This document shows positions 20,540 through 31,852 of a stretch of DNA of 64,000 nucleotides, one piece after another. The stretch is taken from positions 93,808,001 through 93,872,000 of the forward strand of contig OZ076409.1 in NCBI GenBank assembly GCA_964187785.1, given 5' to 3'. This stretch comes from Amphiscolops sp. MND2022 (Eukaryota). Within the stretch, counting starts at the first letter, position 1; each line of letters begins with the position of its first letter. A program made the position numbers and the translations under genes. A model generated the notes under the pieces. The model ran no database searches, was not told the DNA's origin, and saw nothing but the letters and a program-made list of their open reading frames with translations.

Positions 20540-22703
20540 TTTCCCCCTCTGTAATTGGATGGGAATTATCCGTTTGATTTCCGTTGCCGTCCAGATTGGT
20601 GTTGTGGTCGGTATGCCGTCCACGTCTTGGTTTAGGATCCGGATGTCCGTGATTGGCATGGTTGCTTTCCGTTGACTGGAACATTTGTGGTTGTGAACGG
20701 TCTACTGGTTGTCCATGTCTTCCCGCTCGAGCATTTCTTCTGTTGTCTCCAGTAGTGGTGACAGGTTTAGTCGTTTTGCGGTGTTTCCTGTAATCAGATT
20801 GATTAACTGGATTATTTAATCTAATGATTGGATTTGTTTTCGTCAGACGTTTTGACCGGCGTAGGTTAGTTTCTCGTGTGTTTTCTAGTTCTTTATCTAT
20901 TTCAGTACTAGAGCTAAGATTACTTGCTAATTCTAGATCTGAGTCTATAGTATTAAATACCTTACCGTTTATGTCTTTCATGTGTAGGTCTTGTCCTGAC
21001 TGCTGAGTGTCCTTGATGACCTGATCTATGTCGGATTCCGACATTTGTTCTGCGTTAATTGTGAGTGGTCCCATTGGTTTGTTATTGTTTCTTCCCGGTT
21101 GTTTTTCGGGTGAGGTTGATGTTTCCCGGTTTCTGATGAACCTTGGTTTCCCTCTACCGAATGTTCCACTTTTTCGGATGTTCGGTGTTTCCGGGCTAGT
21201 GTCCAATTGCTCTTCTTGTGATTGGGATAGCTCTGGAGTTGTTGGTGGCTTGTCTTCTTTGCGGGCAAATCTTCCGTCCGGTCCTCTTGGTCCGGTTCCT
21301 CTGTTGGAGTTTTCCTGTTCAAATGGTGTAATTGGTTTACTAATCAGTTTTCGGTGAATAATTTTATTTTCAGCTGTAGTTATGGTATGGTTAGTTCCCT
21401 TAACCGCTGTTTGTAATTGATCGGAATAGGGACTTTCAAATTTTGATTTTGTGTTTTTCCGTTCAAAGAATTGAAACGGGTATTTACTAACCGTTTTGGT
21501 TGACTTTCTCTTTTGTTTCATGGGTAGATGGTCGGAACTACCGCCTTCTCCACTGAACGTGTAAACCTGTAGGGTTTCTGGTTTTGCTGAAACGGAATGG
21601 TTATTGGTTAACTTTTTAATTTCTTTCAATTTTAGCATATTACTCAGCTCCGTGTTTGGTTCTCTACCGAAGTGTAATTCAAATGCTGATTTTCTAAGTC
21701 TAGTGTGTGGGGTTGTCCGCATTACTCCTAAAGCCAGATCGAGTGCTTTTCCGAACGGTTCGCCCGCTTTTATGTTGGTTAGTAAGTTTTCTTTTAGTGT
21801 TCTCACCCCCCGTTCCACTAGGCCAGTGGGAGTATGTTTATACGGTGTCCCGTATATCAGTGAGATGAAATTCTTTTTACAGAATTCTCTGAAACAGTGA
21901 CCTGTGAACGCTGACGCTTTATCGGTTCTAATCGTTTTAGGTATTCCGTTTAATTGGATGTATTGTTGAAGAAAAGTTACCGCCGTTTTTCCGTCTGTTG
22001 ATTTGCAAAGACTGGCTGCCGGCCATTTGCTAAACCGGTCCATGGAGAGTAAGATATAAAATTTTCGGTTCTCTTCCGTGATTGGTCCAATGAAATCCAA
22101 TTGGATTTCTTCGTTTGGTGCGCTTAATGGTGGTAAACAGTTTTGTTCCGTTTTAGGTATATTTGGTTTAAGATTCTTACCGGAAAGTTTGCACGGTATA
22201 CAGCTGTCGCACTTTCTTTGTATTGCTTCGGATAGTTTCGGCCACCAGAAGTGTTTTGCCGCCATTGTCATCTTGTTGATGGCGGGATGGCCTTTGTGAA
22301 GCAGTGTGACGACCGTTGTTTGCAAATTTGTGGGGACAATTATTCTTTCTTCAAAGAATACCAGTCCGTATCTCGTGGATAGTTTTCGTTTGTATTGGTT
22401 GTATTCCTCTGGAATGTTATCGTACTGCTTTCTTTCCAGGCACACGAGGGTTTTCAACAATTTCGGGTCGTTTGTTGTCTCCGTCATTAATAATTGGAGA
22501 TCCGTAGCAAATTCTTTTTCGGTCTCCCTGACGGTGTTTTCGTGGTCCCAGTTATTTGGTTCCAGAGCTTGTATCCTCGGGGCGTGTCCCATTTTAATAT
22601 ATTGGACGCTTTTTACTCCGAGGTAGTTCGCCCAATTGATTGTGGGTACTTCCAGTACCGACGGTGCCATTTCCGAGTCACTGGAAATCTCTCCCTCCTC
22701 CAT
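20511..22703 (-). CDS. pol: E3 integrase portion of pol; frame is open from 22949 and runs through the PPT into the 3' LTR
   Basis: HKGH...CIPC, IQLDFIG, RTDKAS, LVERGVRTLK; tail LRRSKRLTKTNP. Same frame as 22950-25553, separated by one TGA. Confidence 0.95.
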   Translation of the reverse strand: MEEGEISSDSEMAPSVLEVPTINWANYLGVKSVQYIKMGHAPRIQALEPNNWDHENTVRETEKEFATDLQLLMTETTNDPKLLKTLVCLERKQYDNIPEEYNQYKRKLSTRYGLVFFEERIIVPTNLQTTVVTLLHKGHPAINKMTMAAKHFWWPKLSEAIQRKCDSCIPCKLSGKNLKPNIPKTEQNCLPPLSAPNEEIQLDFIGPITEENRKFYILLSMDRFSKWPAASLCKSTDGKTAVTFLQQYIQLNGIPKTIRTDKASAFTGHCFREFCKKNFISLIYGTPYKHTPTGLVERGVRTLKENLLTNIKAGEPFGKALDLALGVMRTTPHTRLRKSAFELHFGREPNTELSNMLKLKEIKKLTNNHSVSAKPETLQVYTFSGEGGSSDHLPMKQKRKSTKTVSKYPFQFFERKNTKSKFESPYSDQLQTAVKGTNHTITTAENKIIHRKLISKPITPFEQENSNRGTGPRGPDGRFARKEDKPPTTPELSQSQEEQLDTSPETPNIRKSGTFGRGKPRFIRNRETSTSPEKQPGRNNNKPMGPLTINAEQMSESDIDQVIKDTQQSGQDLHMKDINGKVFNTIDSDLELASNLSSSTEIDKELENTRETNLRRSKRLTKTNPIIRLNNPVNQSDYRKHRKTTKPVTTTGDNRRNARAGRHGQPVDRSQPQMFQSTESNHANHGHPDPKPRRGRHTDHNTNLDGNGNQTDNSHPITEGEMKNREIENC

Positions 22704-22949
22704 CGGTGTCTCGTCCGGTGTTTGGCTTGTTGTCGGATGTTCTTGTGATGTGCTCTGGTAATCCTGTGGGATAAATCCGCCTTGTAAATTTCTGGTTTCT
22801 TTGAATTGCCAGTCCGGGAAGTAGTTCGTCTGATTTTGCGGGTTTGTAACTTCTATGGCAGGGCTTTCCAGTCGATTTATAATTTCGGTAAGTCTTTCTT
22901 CAATTATTTTTCTCTCTCCGCGGAGGAATTTTGGCTCATGGTATTTCTT

Positions 22950-25553
22950 TCATTTGCCGTTTGATAGTCGGTAGATTCCCGGCTTTACGATGTTTCGCCA
23001 TCGTTCAATTAAATTAATGGTTTCTTGGGACGAATCAATTCTTTCAAGATTGTCAATAGTTTTGGCGTCCATTATCGGTGAATTGGCGTTACTGTTTGGA
23101 GTGTTAATGAGGCTATGAATGGCGGTTTGTTCACGCGTGTTGTTTGATGACCGGTGTTTGTTTGCTTTTGTCGAGTTTGCTATGCTATTCGCCGATTGTG
23201 ATTGGTTGAAATGGTTGCTAAGGCAACCGAGTTTAGAAATGAATCCGTAGTGCGGTGCTATGCTGTTAATGACGTATTCTTCTTCGTATACGTCATCGCT
23301 TTGCGCCGGAGCGATTGGATTTCTACTCAAGTAATCGGTAAGCGCTAGATGTTTTCCGGCGATATGGTTTACATTTATCGTAAAGTGTGCTAATCGGTCC
23401 AACCAGCGTGTTAGCCGCGCGCTATATGTTTTGTTAGAACGGTTGCGTTTTATTAACGGTTCAAGGGCTTGGTGGTCCGTCAGGAGTTTGACGGGTTTTC
23501 CGTAGATGTAAAGGCGGAAGTGTTCTAAACCCAAAACAACCGCTAATAATTCCAGCTCGTTTATTGCGTATTTTTTTTCCGTGTCCGATAGAAATCTACT
23601 TGCGAATGCTATCGGTTTTAAATCTCCATTTTCTTGTTCTTGCCAAAGAGTTGCACCTAGGCCTTTTGTACTGGCGTCTGTTGTTATGGTGTTCGGTCGA
23701 ATGGAGCTATAGTGGGCAAGACACGGTATTTCCGTGATTTTGCGTTTTAACTGGTTAAATGCTTCGGAATGTTCCGTTGTCCAGTTCCAATCGTTTTTCT
23801 TTTTCAGTAGCTGTCTCAGTAGGTCCGTTTGTGCTGACAAATTTTCAATGTATTTTGACAAATACTGAATCGCGCCTAAAAAGGATTTTAATTCCTTTTC
23901 GTTTTTTGGTTCTTTCAGTTCTTGTATTGCTTTTAGTTTGTCTTGTAACGGTCTAATACCGTTTTGATCAATTTTATGACCCACCCATTCTATTTCAGAT
24001 TTGAAAAATTCTGATTTGTTTTCACTGAGTCTGAAACCTGCGTTTTCTAGTTTAGTTAATACTTCAGTTAACTCACGATTATGTTGTTCTTTTGTCCCTT
24101 TTGTGACGATTAATATGTCATCTAGCCACGCCGGGTGTTTGTTCTCCAGTGTTTGGTCGATCTTTTCTTGAAAAATGGTCGGGATGTCCGCCAATCCGTA
24201 GAAACCCTTTAGGAATCTGTAATATCCGGTGAAGTTGCCTCCGGTTATTGCGAATATACAGAGATCCTTTGCTAATTTTGATAGCTGCAATTGGCCATAG
24301 GCGTAATCCAGGTCTAGTTTTGATATCCAGATTATATCAGTTTCTCCGTCTGCTATTTTTCTTGATATTCGAGATATCAACTCCTCCATATTCGGCATTT
24401 GTGCCTTTCTTTTCACGGTTATTTCGTTTAATTTCCGTGAGTCTAGAGCGATTTTGACCGTTTTATCTTTCTTAACGGTGATTACTGCTGGGCTTACAAA
24501 GCAGTTTTCATCTATATCGGTTGCTCTTTCTATGTGCCCGTTTTTCTTCAATTTTTCTATTTCTTTACCGACCGCTGGTTGTAAGTGTATCGGTATTGGT
24601 CGGCCTTTCTGTTGTATCAGTTTTGCATCCGGTTTTAGTTGAATATCTACCTCTATTCCTTTTATTGTTTTATTTTCGTGGAACAGGTTATTGAATTTTT
24701 TCTTCAACTCAGTTACGTCCGGATTTTCTTGGATATTTTGTATTTTCAGGTTAGACTTTTCTGTATTCAATTTGATTCCCAATTGATTCATCCAGTCCAG
24801 TCCAAGAAGTGGGTTTGTTCTTTTTGTTGTTATTAGTAATTCCAGGTTTTTTGTTTCTCCGTTGATCTCTACTTTTGCCGTTGTTTTTCCTTCGAACTTT
24901 ATTTTATTGTTGTTGACGTCTCTATACTCCGTGTGTAGAGAATGTATAGGTGTTATATGGTTGAATAATTGTTTTGGTACCAGTGTGACCGGTGATCCGC
25001 TATCAATTATGAATTTGATTGGTCGGTTATTAACCAATGCCGTCATGGTGAAGAATGGTTGTCCGTCTTTGGTGTTTTGTTTTGTTGAATGGACCATTCT
25101 TGTGATGAGGTGTATTCTGTTTGGTGACCATTCATCTTCTTCTGCGCTGGATGCTTCCGATTCCGGTTGGATGTGTTTTATTCTTCGGTCTGTCTTTTGT
25201 TTAGTCCTACACAGTTTCGCGTAGTGACCGATTTTTCCACAGTTTAGGCATTTCTTTGTTTTTGCCGGGCAGTCGTGTGATTTGTTCCAGTTTGGTGCGC
25301 CGCATCTAATACAGTCAACTTTTCTGAATTTGTTCGGTTTCTCTTTTTCCGATTTTTGGTAGTTTCTTTTTCTCTCTACGTGTTTAATTTTTGTTTCTTC
25401 TTCTGAGTCTCGTGATTCGTTCATTTTTTCGTACATGTATTCGTGGATTGTGTCGGTAATGGCTTCCACCGACATATCTCCTTTTTTGATTTTCTTTTTT
25501 AGATCGTTGTCTCCAGTTGTTTTTCCAATGACTGAGAGGAATTTTGAGGCCAA
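22950..25553 (-). CDS. pol: E3 Gag C-terminus/NC-protease-RT-RNase H
   Basis: CLNCGKIGHYAKLC; IIDSGS; LDLDYAYGQ; HPAWLDD; TTDAS, ELELLA, TDHQAL, DYLSR. Confidence 0.96.
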   Translation of the reverse strand: MASKFLSVIGKTTGDNDLKKKIKKGDMSVEAITDTIHEYMYEKMNESRDSEEETKIKHVERKRNYQKSEKEKPNKFRKVDCIRCGAPNWNKSHDCPAKTKKCLNCGKIGHYAKLCRTKQKTDRRIKHIQPESEASSAEEDEWSPNRIHLITRMVHSTKQNTKDGQPFFTMTALVNNRPIKFIIDSGSPVTLVPKQLFNHITPIHSLHTEYRDVNNNKIKFEGKTTAKVEINGETKNLELLITTKRTNPLLGLDWMNQLGIKLNTEKSNLKIQNIQENPDVTELKKKFNNLFHENKTIKGIEVDIQLKPDAKLIQQKGRPIPIHLQPAVGKEIEKLKKNGHIERATDIDENCFVSPAVITVKKDKTVKIALDSRKLNEITVKRKAQMPNMEELISRISRKIADGETDIIWISKLDLDYAYGQLQLSKLAKDLCIFAITGGNFTGYYRFLKGFYGLADIPTIFQEKIDQTLENKHPAWLDDILIVTKGTKEQHNRELTEVLTKLENAGFRLSENKSEFFKSEIEWVGHKIDQNGIRPLQDKLKAIQELKEPKNEKELKSFLGAIQYLSKYIENLSAQTDLLRQLLKKKNDWNWTTEHSEAFNQLKRKITEIPCLAHYSSIRPNTITTDASTKGLGATLWQEQENGDLKPIAFASRFLSDTEKKYAINELELLAVVLGLEHFRLYIYGKPVKLLTDHQALEPLIKRNRSNKTYSARLTRWLDRLAHFTINVNHIAGKHLALTDYLSRNPIAPAQSDDVYEEEYVINSIAPHYGFISKLGCLSNHFNQSQSANSIANSTKANKHRSSNNTREQTAIHSLINTPNSNANSPIMDAKTIDNLERIDSSQETINLIERWRNIVKPGIYRLSNGK

Positions 25554-26082
25554 TAATTCTGCTGCTGTTATTTCTTCGAATTCGCAATTTTTTTTCTATT
25601 TCCAGAATTCGTTTCCAGGTTTCGGCTGCCGATTCTCCTGGTTCGCTTTTTAAATTGAAGAAGTCGGCCCTGCTATGGTGTTTGTTCCGTTCGGGTATAA
25701 AATGTAATCTGAACAGTGCATATAGACGGTACAATGGTAAAGAGGTTGGTTCTCTTTCTCTTACCGTCTTTGTCATTTCTGTTAGTGCTGACTGTCCGAT
25801 TGCCCAGATGAAGACATCTTTTATTTCCTCTTCTAATTGGTCCCTATATTGTGGCAATACTTCTTTGGAGTTTGTCATCTTTGATAGGTCCAATTCGCGA
25901 GTCATTTTTATATATTGGGTAAATTTCCTCCACCAGAGCTTTGCACTGGTGTGGTCATTTTTTTCCAAGATCGGTATGGGTAACTTCTGGGTAGTCGTCC
26001 GTTCAACCGATCGTGCAGTGGTATTGTTCGGTAGCGAGCGGCTGCTCGTTTCTCCCATGGAATTATTTGGTTCGTCTTCCAT
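25384..26082 (-). CDS. gag: E3 Gag N-terminal part; leaves the coding frame at an A8 run near 25590
   Basis: AKLWWRKFTQY...ETWKRILEIEK. E1 reads EVEKNCEF at this point, which E3 restores if one A is removed. Confidence 0.9.
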   Translation of the reverse strand: MEDEPNNSMGETSSRSLPNNTTARSVERTTTQKLPIPILEKNDHTSAKLWWRKFTQYIKMTRELDLSKMTNSKEVLPQYRDQLEEEIKDVFIWAIGQSALTEMTKTVREREPTSLPLYRLYALFRLHFIPERNKHHSRADFFNLKSEPGESAAETWKRILEIEKKLRIRRNNSSRIIGLKIPLSHWKNNWRQRSKKENQKRRYVGGSHYRHNPRIHVRKNERITRLRRRNKN

Positions 26083-26113
26083 TGTATTGTAGTTTTCTTC
26101 TGATATTTCAGAA

Positions 26114-26127
26114 TGCTGTCTGCGCCA
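26114..26127 (-). promoter_or_regulatory. E3 primer-binding site (tRNA-Ser-like)
   Basis: Minus strand TGGCGCAGACAGCA abutting the 5' LTR; one base different from the E2 PBS. Confidence 0.8.
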
Positions 26128-26308
26128 TATTGTATTCTCTGAGAATATCTCAATTCAAAACGTATGTAAAAATAACAATGTTTTCTCTAGATCGAAACGT
26201 ACTCTAATGAGGTCAAACTTTAGTTATCAAACTAAATGTTTGTAGGTAAATACAAACTCAAAATGGCAACAGTTGTTTATCAACAATTCTCAATTTCTCT
26301 ATTCTTCA
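26128..26308 (-). repeat. E3 5' LTR
   Basis: Minus strand TGAAGAATAG...AATACAATA. Confidence 0.97.
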
Positions 26309-29300
26309 GAGATACCCAAAGAAAGCACTCGTGGAACGCCTCGTTTTAACTGAGAACATCAAAAAACTTCTGTTAGTGGAAATGCCTAAAGCGGTGACTC
26401 TCTAGGTTCGAAAAAAGGTTTTCTTTGCTAGAAACATCCAGAAAACAAAAAGACGGCATTCGGGAAGCAATCGTACTGTGCTAAACAAAAACAAAAAGTT
26501 CTAGTTACCTTTGTAAACATTTGAAAGGAAAACTAACGATGCGCGGGATTCGAAAAACACCTTTATCTGCTTCCTAATTGCGTCACTAAGCTTTTCCAAC
26601 GTGCATCTCATAGTTTCAACTGGAATCATTGAAAGAAAATAAAAATGGAACAACCTTGAAACTAAAATTTTTGTTTCTTATAAAAACAGAACTAATCTTG
26701 AGCGTGATTATTCCGAAAACTTTTTTATGAATTGAAGTCTGTCCTTTTTTGCGTAGTAAAAGGTATAGATCTTTTTATTTTTGATAAAGAACAAGCAGCT
26801 GAGTTAGTTCTTCTCCTTTCCTTGAGTTATGAGCGGTCAAGTCTGTGCTCAGTGAAAAAGAGGCGCTGCTAAAGTCCTTATAGCAAGGTTCCGATCTTTG
26901 AGAAGTAGCTTAGCGAAAAGACGTCGTCGAACGGTATTCTTTTATTTCATGTATTTTTTTGTTTTTGCATGCTTTCGCTCAGGTTAAAAACAGACACTTG
27001 ATGATTCGAACAAAACGAAGGCTTCTTGGCTTTTCAGGTAATTTTCCAATGTTTTCAAATACGCTACCGGAAACTTCTTTTCAGAGATGAAACTGACTGC
27101 CGGTAATTTTTGGGAACTAGTTGGCAAAAGATTTAAGAAGGCGGAAACTTTCACGTTCACCATATATGAATACTATAGAAACAGAAAGTTTTGTGATACA
27201 AATTCGTTGTAACCTGCTACTTATCGATAGTATGTCAGCAGTCTTGAGTTCGGCAGCTTTGGCAGGTACCCAGAATTGCCCAAGAAAAAGAAAGATTGCC
27301 GCGAAACGAAAGATGGCAAAAAATCACAATAAAACTAAGTTGTGCAAATCGTTCTGGATTCTCAGGAGCTGTTCACATTTTGCACCCCTGAAGATAGTTG
27401 AGAAACAAGGTATTTATGAGTTAAAGCTGATTAAAAAACAGATAATGTGTAAGTTAAATCTGTGTAGCGCACTTTCGTGTCGCTAAAAGTAGAAGAAAAC
27501 AGTCGCAGTAGCTTTGCGATATTTTTGTATGCTTTTAGAAAACATTTTTTGTAAAAAAAATGGTACACTTCGAGCAAAACATTGCACAAAAATATTAACA
27601 AAAACTTCGCACGAGAAGGATCAAATCGAAAATGCGGGGGTTAGTTTATAATTATAGCGACTCTGGTTTTCAGACAATTTTTTTATCCAGGTCCCGACCT
27701 TCGATTTGTTTTCGATATTCGATGCAATTACAAAAACATGGTAACCGCACTTACCCTTGATTAAAGACCTACGCTTTAAATTGCACCTACAGAGATTTTT
27801 TGTCAAAGAAAAGAATTTATCTCTGACGAAAGTTTCGAGTGACAGTCGTTTAATTCTTTGCAAGAGAAAACACTCCATACTTCATAAAAAACGGTATTTA
27901 GAGGCATCATGAAAGGCCCTGTAAGAAACAATTACATACTAAAGAAATAAACAGAAAAGCCTGAATAATGTTTTTTTGGATGATCAGTTTCCTTCATGCC
28001 GGATTACAGTTTCCTTTCTATGGTCCAGGGAAAAATTTTCCCTCAAAGAACGACTTTTTCATTGAAAAAATTTTTTGTTTGCATCAGAAAATGACATTCT
28101 GACAAAATCACTCAAATTGTGAAACTTTTCTGCGCTGCATTTTTTGTCATTTTCTGCCCATAACTCCATTTGGAAAGGAAAAGTACTAACTAAGCCGCAT
28201 TTTTCAATTTTTATCATGCTCTAATTTCATACACGAAATGAAAGGGTTCACCCAGCTGACATAAGCTTGGTTTCGTGCGATTCGTACTTGTAGAGATTTC
28301 TGAACCTTTTTCCTTGACCCTGAATTGACACCAAAACCACCAAAAAATCAAAAATTTGCAAATTTCAACCTTTGTTTGCAAGTTTTGTAATTTTTTGAAT
28401 TTTTTTGTAGATTAGATTATCCAATAAGATGAAAATAGTTATCCAAGGAGCTCTTAGAAAAGACATCCGATAATGTTTGCTGAAAAAGTGCCGCGAACTA
28501 ACCACAAAAACTCAAAATTTTCACTTCTTGACATTTGTAAAGCAAATTTGTTTCAGAACAAATTGAGTGTTACAAAAACCAAAAAGTTCCAAGACAAAGA
28601 AACGAGCTATGCAGAACGCTTTTCTGGAGAGATATCTGAGAAGATTTGTTTCAACATTTTGTAACGACGAGCGCTGGCGCTTAACCGAGACCTAGAAGTG
28701 GAGGAAGTAGAACAGTGAATGTGATCCGAAACTTAAATCTCCACGGCCCTAGCTCATTTTCCCTCCAAGGGAGCCAGTCCCAGGGTAGGGGAACCGCTTT
28801 GTTGGACGCTCTCTGGCCTGGTCCTAGTCTGTAACTGCTAAAAATAACAGGCATCTTCCTTGTACTAAAGACCACTGCTTAATTAGCCTCTAATAAGAGG
28901 GCCGAAAAACTGAATTAGAGTTAAGCCATAGTTTAGGGAAATCTGATAAATTGCCAATAAAGAACAGTAGCACAGATGGTATTTAGACAGCTCTCGAGCA
29001 TATCAATCTAAACTGCACCCAATACATCAAATATAACACTTTGAGTCCGTTCTCCGTGGAAAAATAAGATCAAAAGGATACCCAGCGCTCGAGTTGGTCA
29101 CCACAGAACACCACAGGAATCTTCAGGCAGACACCTTGATTCACGGGTTTCTGCTACGAAAGTAAAGAGAAGTCTTGTCGGAGATATGCAAACGTGAAAA
29201 AACGTCAGAATTGCTGCACTAGCTGCTGGTATCGCTTTTTTCGTTCTCGCGGGCGGCGTCTCGTCACTTCTGAGGCTGTTTTCTGGCAGGTCTTTGACCG

Positions 29301-31069
29301 CAAACATGTTCAGGCTGCCACGTCAGATTTGAACGAAATTTTGGTACTTTGTTGAAAATCATCGAAAATTGTTGACATCAGCAGTTCCCGTTACATTTTG
29401 GTCAAATAATCATAAAACTCACATTTTCAAATGCTTTTTGACCTTTTTATGTAGTTTTCATACACTTTTCGGAAGTATCTAGTATCAGATCAATCAAAAA
29501 GTTCACAAAGAATCAGCTAGCTATCCCACCGTACACTGCTACGAAAAGTAATTTGATGTTTATTTTTCAAAAAAAAAACGCCTAAAAATTGTCCTAAAAC
29601 GCTAAGAGGTCCATTTTTAGGTAGCACTTTATTGGAAATGAACTCGACTATTATTAGGGCTCATTGTCGCTTCTTTTTAACTTTTCAATTCACACGAACT
29701 GACCCAAATACTGTTAAAAAGTTCTGAAAAATATAAAACTTAAAAACAGGTCACTTAGCTAGCGAGCTGAGTTATATTGATTGCTTTTTTGAACAAATAA
29801 AAAGCGCTACGAACCACTTATTGATTTTTTGACGTTGCATGAATACTAGGGAGGATGCAAAGGTTCGATTCTCGTCAGTTTCGATGTTTCGTTACCAGCA
29901 AAAATTTTTTAAAAAAAGCACACTACCTCTGAATTTTGTGCGTAATATTCGGAGTAATAGTGACATTTCTGATGAGGAAAAAGCAAAAAAAAACATTTTG
30001 GGCTCGAATAGATCCTTTTTTGGTACGGTGAAATTGGGAATTAACTCAAAAGAGAACCCTTGAAGTTTGAAGTACTTGTTTGTTTTCAGACTTTTGCGGG
30101 GCGCCGACTTATGCAGTTCGACTTTTGACTTTTTTTGGTTTATCCACAGGTTTTTCAGGAATGATGTCAAACGATCTTCAAAGTGTGCGAAAATGGTCAA
30201 ATTTAACAACATTTGTTTTACGGTTTTTGAGACAAACATTTTGATTGATGTTTTTTGAATCGCTCATTTTTGTTGGTAAATTGGAAATTTCAATTTTTCG
30301 CACTTCCTCTTTCCCATTATGAACCAATTTGCAGATGTGAATCGGAAACGATTACAGTAGTCTGAAGCTTAGCATGGAGGCCATTTCCAGTACCTAATAG
30401 TGATGAATAAACTTTTAATGTATCAGAAAATAAAGTTCATATAGTGTTGAAAATCTGTTTATAAACTCGTTACGTTCTGAACAGTGTTATCGAGATACTT
30501 GAAATTAAATTGAAGTCGACACATAATTTCTGAAAGACCATGTGGTTTGTTTTTTGACTCTTAGGTGAAAACGTTTGTACTCTTTGCTTTTCTGTGCATA
30601 AACCGTTTCATTAAAAAACGGCTGATTGCTGATTTGAAAAGTCTCCTAAAAGAATAATCATTTTGTTTTGAAAGTTTTATACTTTCATTCCCATGGAAAC
30701 ATTCGAAATACACTAGGATGCCGAAAAGGTACAAACACTTGATTTCAATTGTTTTGAACTTAGAGAAAAACTACAAAAGTTAGTAAGTAGCTAACAAATG
30801 TCTTCGGTTACTATTGACTTTGGTTTTTTTGTCGAAATTCAACATCCAAAATCCTTGAGAACTGTTGTTATTAACAAAAAGTGCAGGAGAAAATTTTTGT
30901 ACCTTTGAGTCAGGGCTGTAACTTTTGAATTTAACACATTTTCCTAAAACGCTCTCCTAAAAATGTACACTGCAAATGATCACAAAATGCAAATGTTTCA
31001 ACTTTTTTCCGTGAAAACAATGTTTTCGCACAATTACAACAGTTTTTGGCTGTTTCTTTTTTTTAAAAG

Positions 31070-31818
31070 TGTAACGTCAGGCAAAAGACGTTGCAGAAGT
31101 TTTTGAAAATTTCGATCAAAAATTCGAAATGTGCGACATCAAACAAGCACATTCAAGATGGCCGACCCGGCAGGTACGAAAACCGTAGAGGAAGCAAAAT
31201 AAAGGCAAAACACCACCAGAGGATGCCACCCCACCACCCAGGAACGAGAATGTCCGAGATGTCATCACCCAGAAGTGAGAATCAGGAATTCTGCCATCTG
31301 ACAGCAAAAAGACAGGGTTTTGGCAGAAAAGTGCCAAGTGAGACCATTGTGCACCGAAGATGAGGAATGATGCCAGAGGCAGGAAGCCGATGATCGCCAC
31401 CGAAATGTAACCGTATACTTTATTGGGGCCTATCCCCACCTGTTTTGACTGTTTATAGCGTATTTGGATAATGTTTGACCTACTAGGTCCTCATTTTAGT
31501 CCTTATTCACTCATATAATGTATTTCAGTTAGACACCTTTTTGAACCTCGGAAGTATGTAGGAGATAGCAGGAGTACATTAGAAACCTTAGGAATGTTTT
31601 TACAGGCTTGTGGGGCGTGTCCGGACTTTGAGAATGCCGGCGCGTCGCTTCGGAGCTCTAACTAGAGAAGCCTCCTTAGACGTTAGAAAAGTCCCCCTTG
31701 GAGACCATTTTGGGATCAAAAACTAGTGTCTAGGTATGTAGTAAGACAACGGTCTCCTGTTTAAGCATCCTAGGCATTGTCCCTCTTCCTAGATGTGCGT
31801 CGCTAGCCGGTCGTTACA
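31070..31818 (+). repeat. E4 5' LTR
   Basis: Direct repeat of 35781-36532; one 3-bp indel and about three substitutions by eye. Confidence 0.97.
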
Positions 31819-31834
31819 TCTGGAATAGTTTTTA

Positions 31835-31852
31835 TGGCGACCACAGAGGGAT
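31835..31852 (+). promoter_or_regulatory. E4 primer-binding site (tRNA-Arg-like)
   Basis: TGGCGACCACAGAGGGAT; its complement ATCCCTCTGTGGTCG-CCA resembles the 3' end of eukaryotic tRNA-Arg(TCG). Confidence 0.7.

Larger units (their letters stand above)
20359..26308 (-). mobile_element. E3: full-length Ty3/Gypsy LTR retrotransposon
   Basis: Two 181-bp LTRs, identical by eye; TSD GAGAT (20354-20358, 26309-26313); PBS and PPT on the minus strand; Gag-PR-RT-RH-IN. Confidence 0.98.

Noticed and set aside
25575..25600. Programmed ribosomal frameshift in E3 gag
   Set aside because: It lies mid-capsid, E1 reads through in frame with a non-slippery sequence, and a single extra A in a homopolymer explains it.
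10200..26207. Antisense ORFs over E2 and E3 (e.g. 10699-11142, 12157-12609, 25544-26092)
   Set aside because: Shadow frames of A-rich coding strands; F/S/L-rich with no motifs.
31091..31439. ORFs in the E4 LTRs (duplicated at 35802-36153)
   Set aside because: They are duplicated only because the LTR is, the + strand one starts at TTG, and I recognise no domain.
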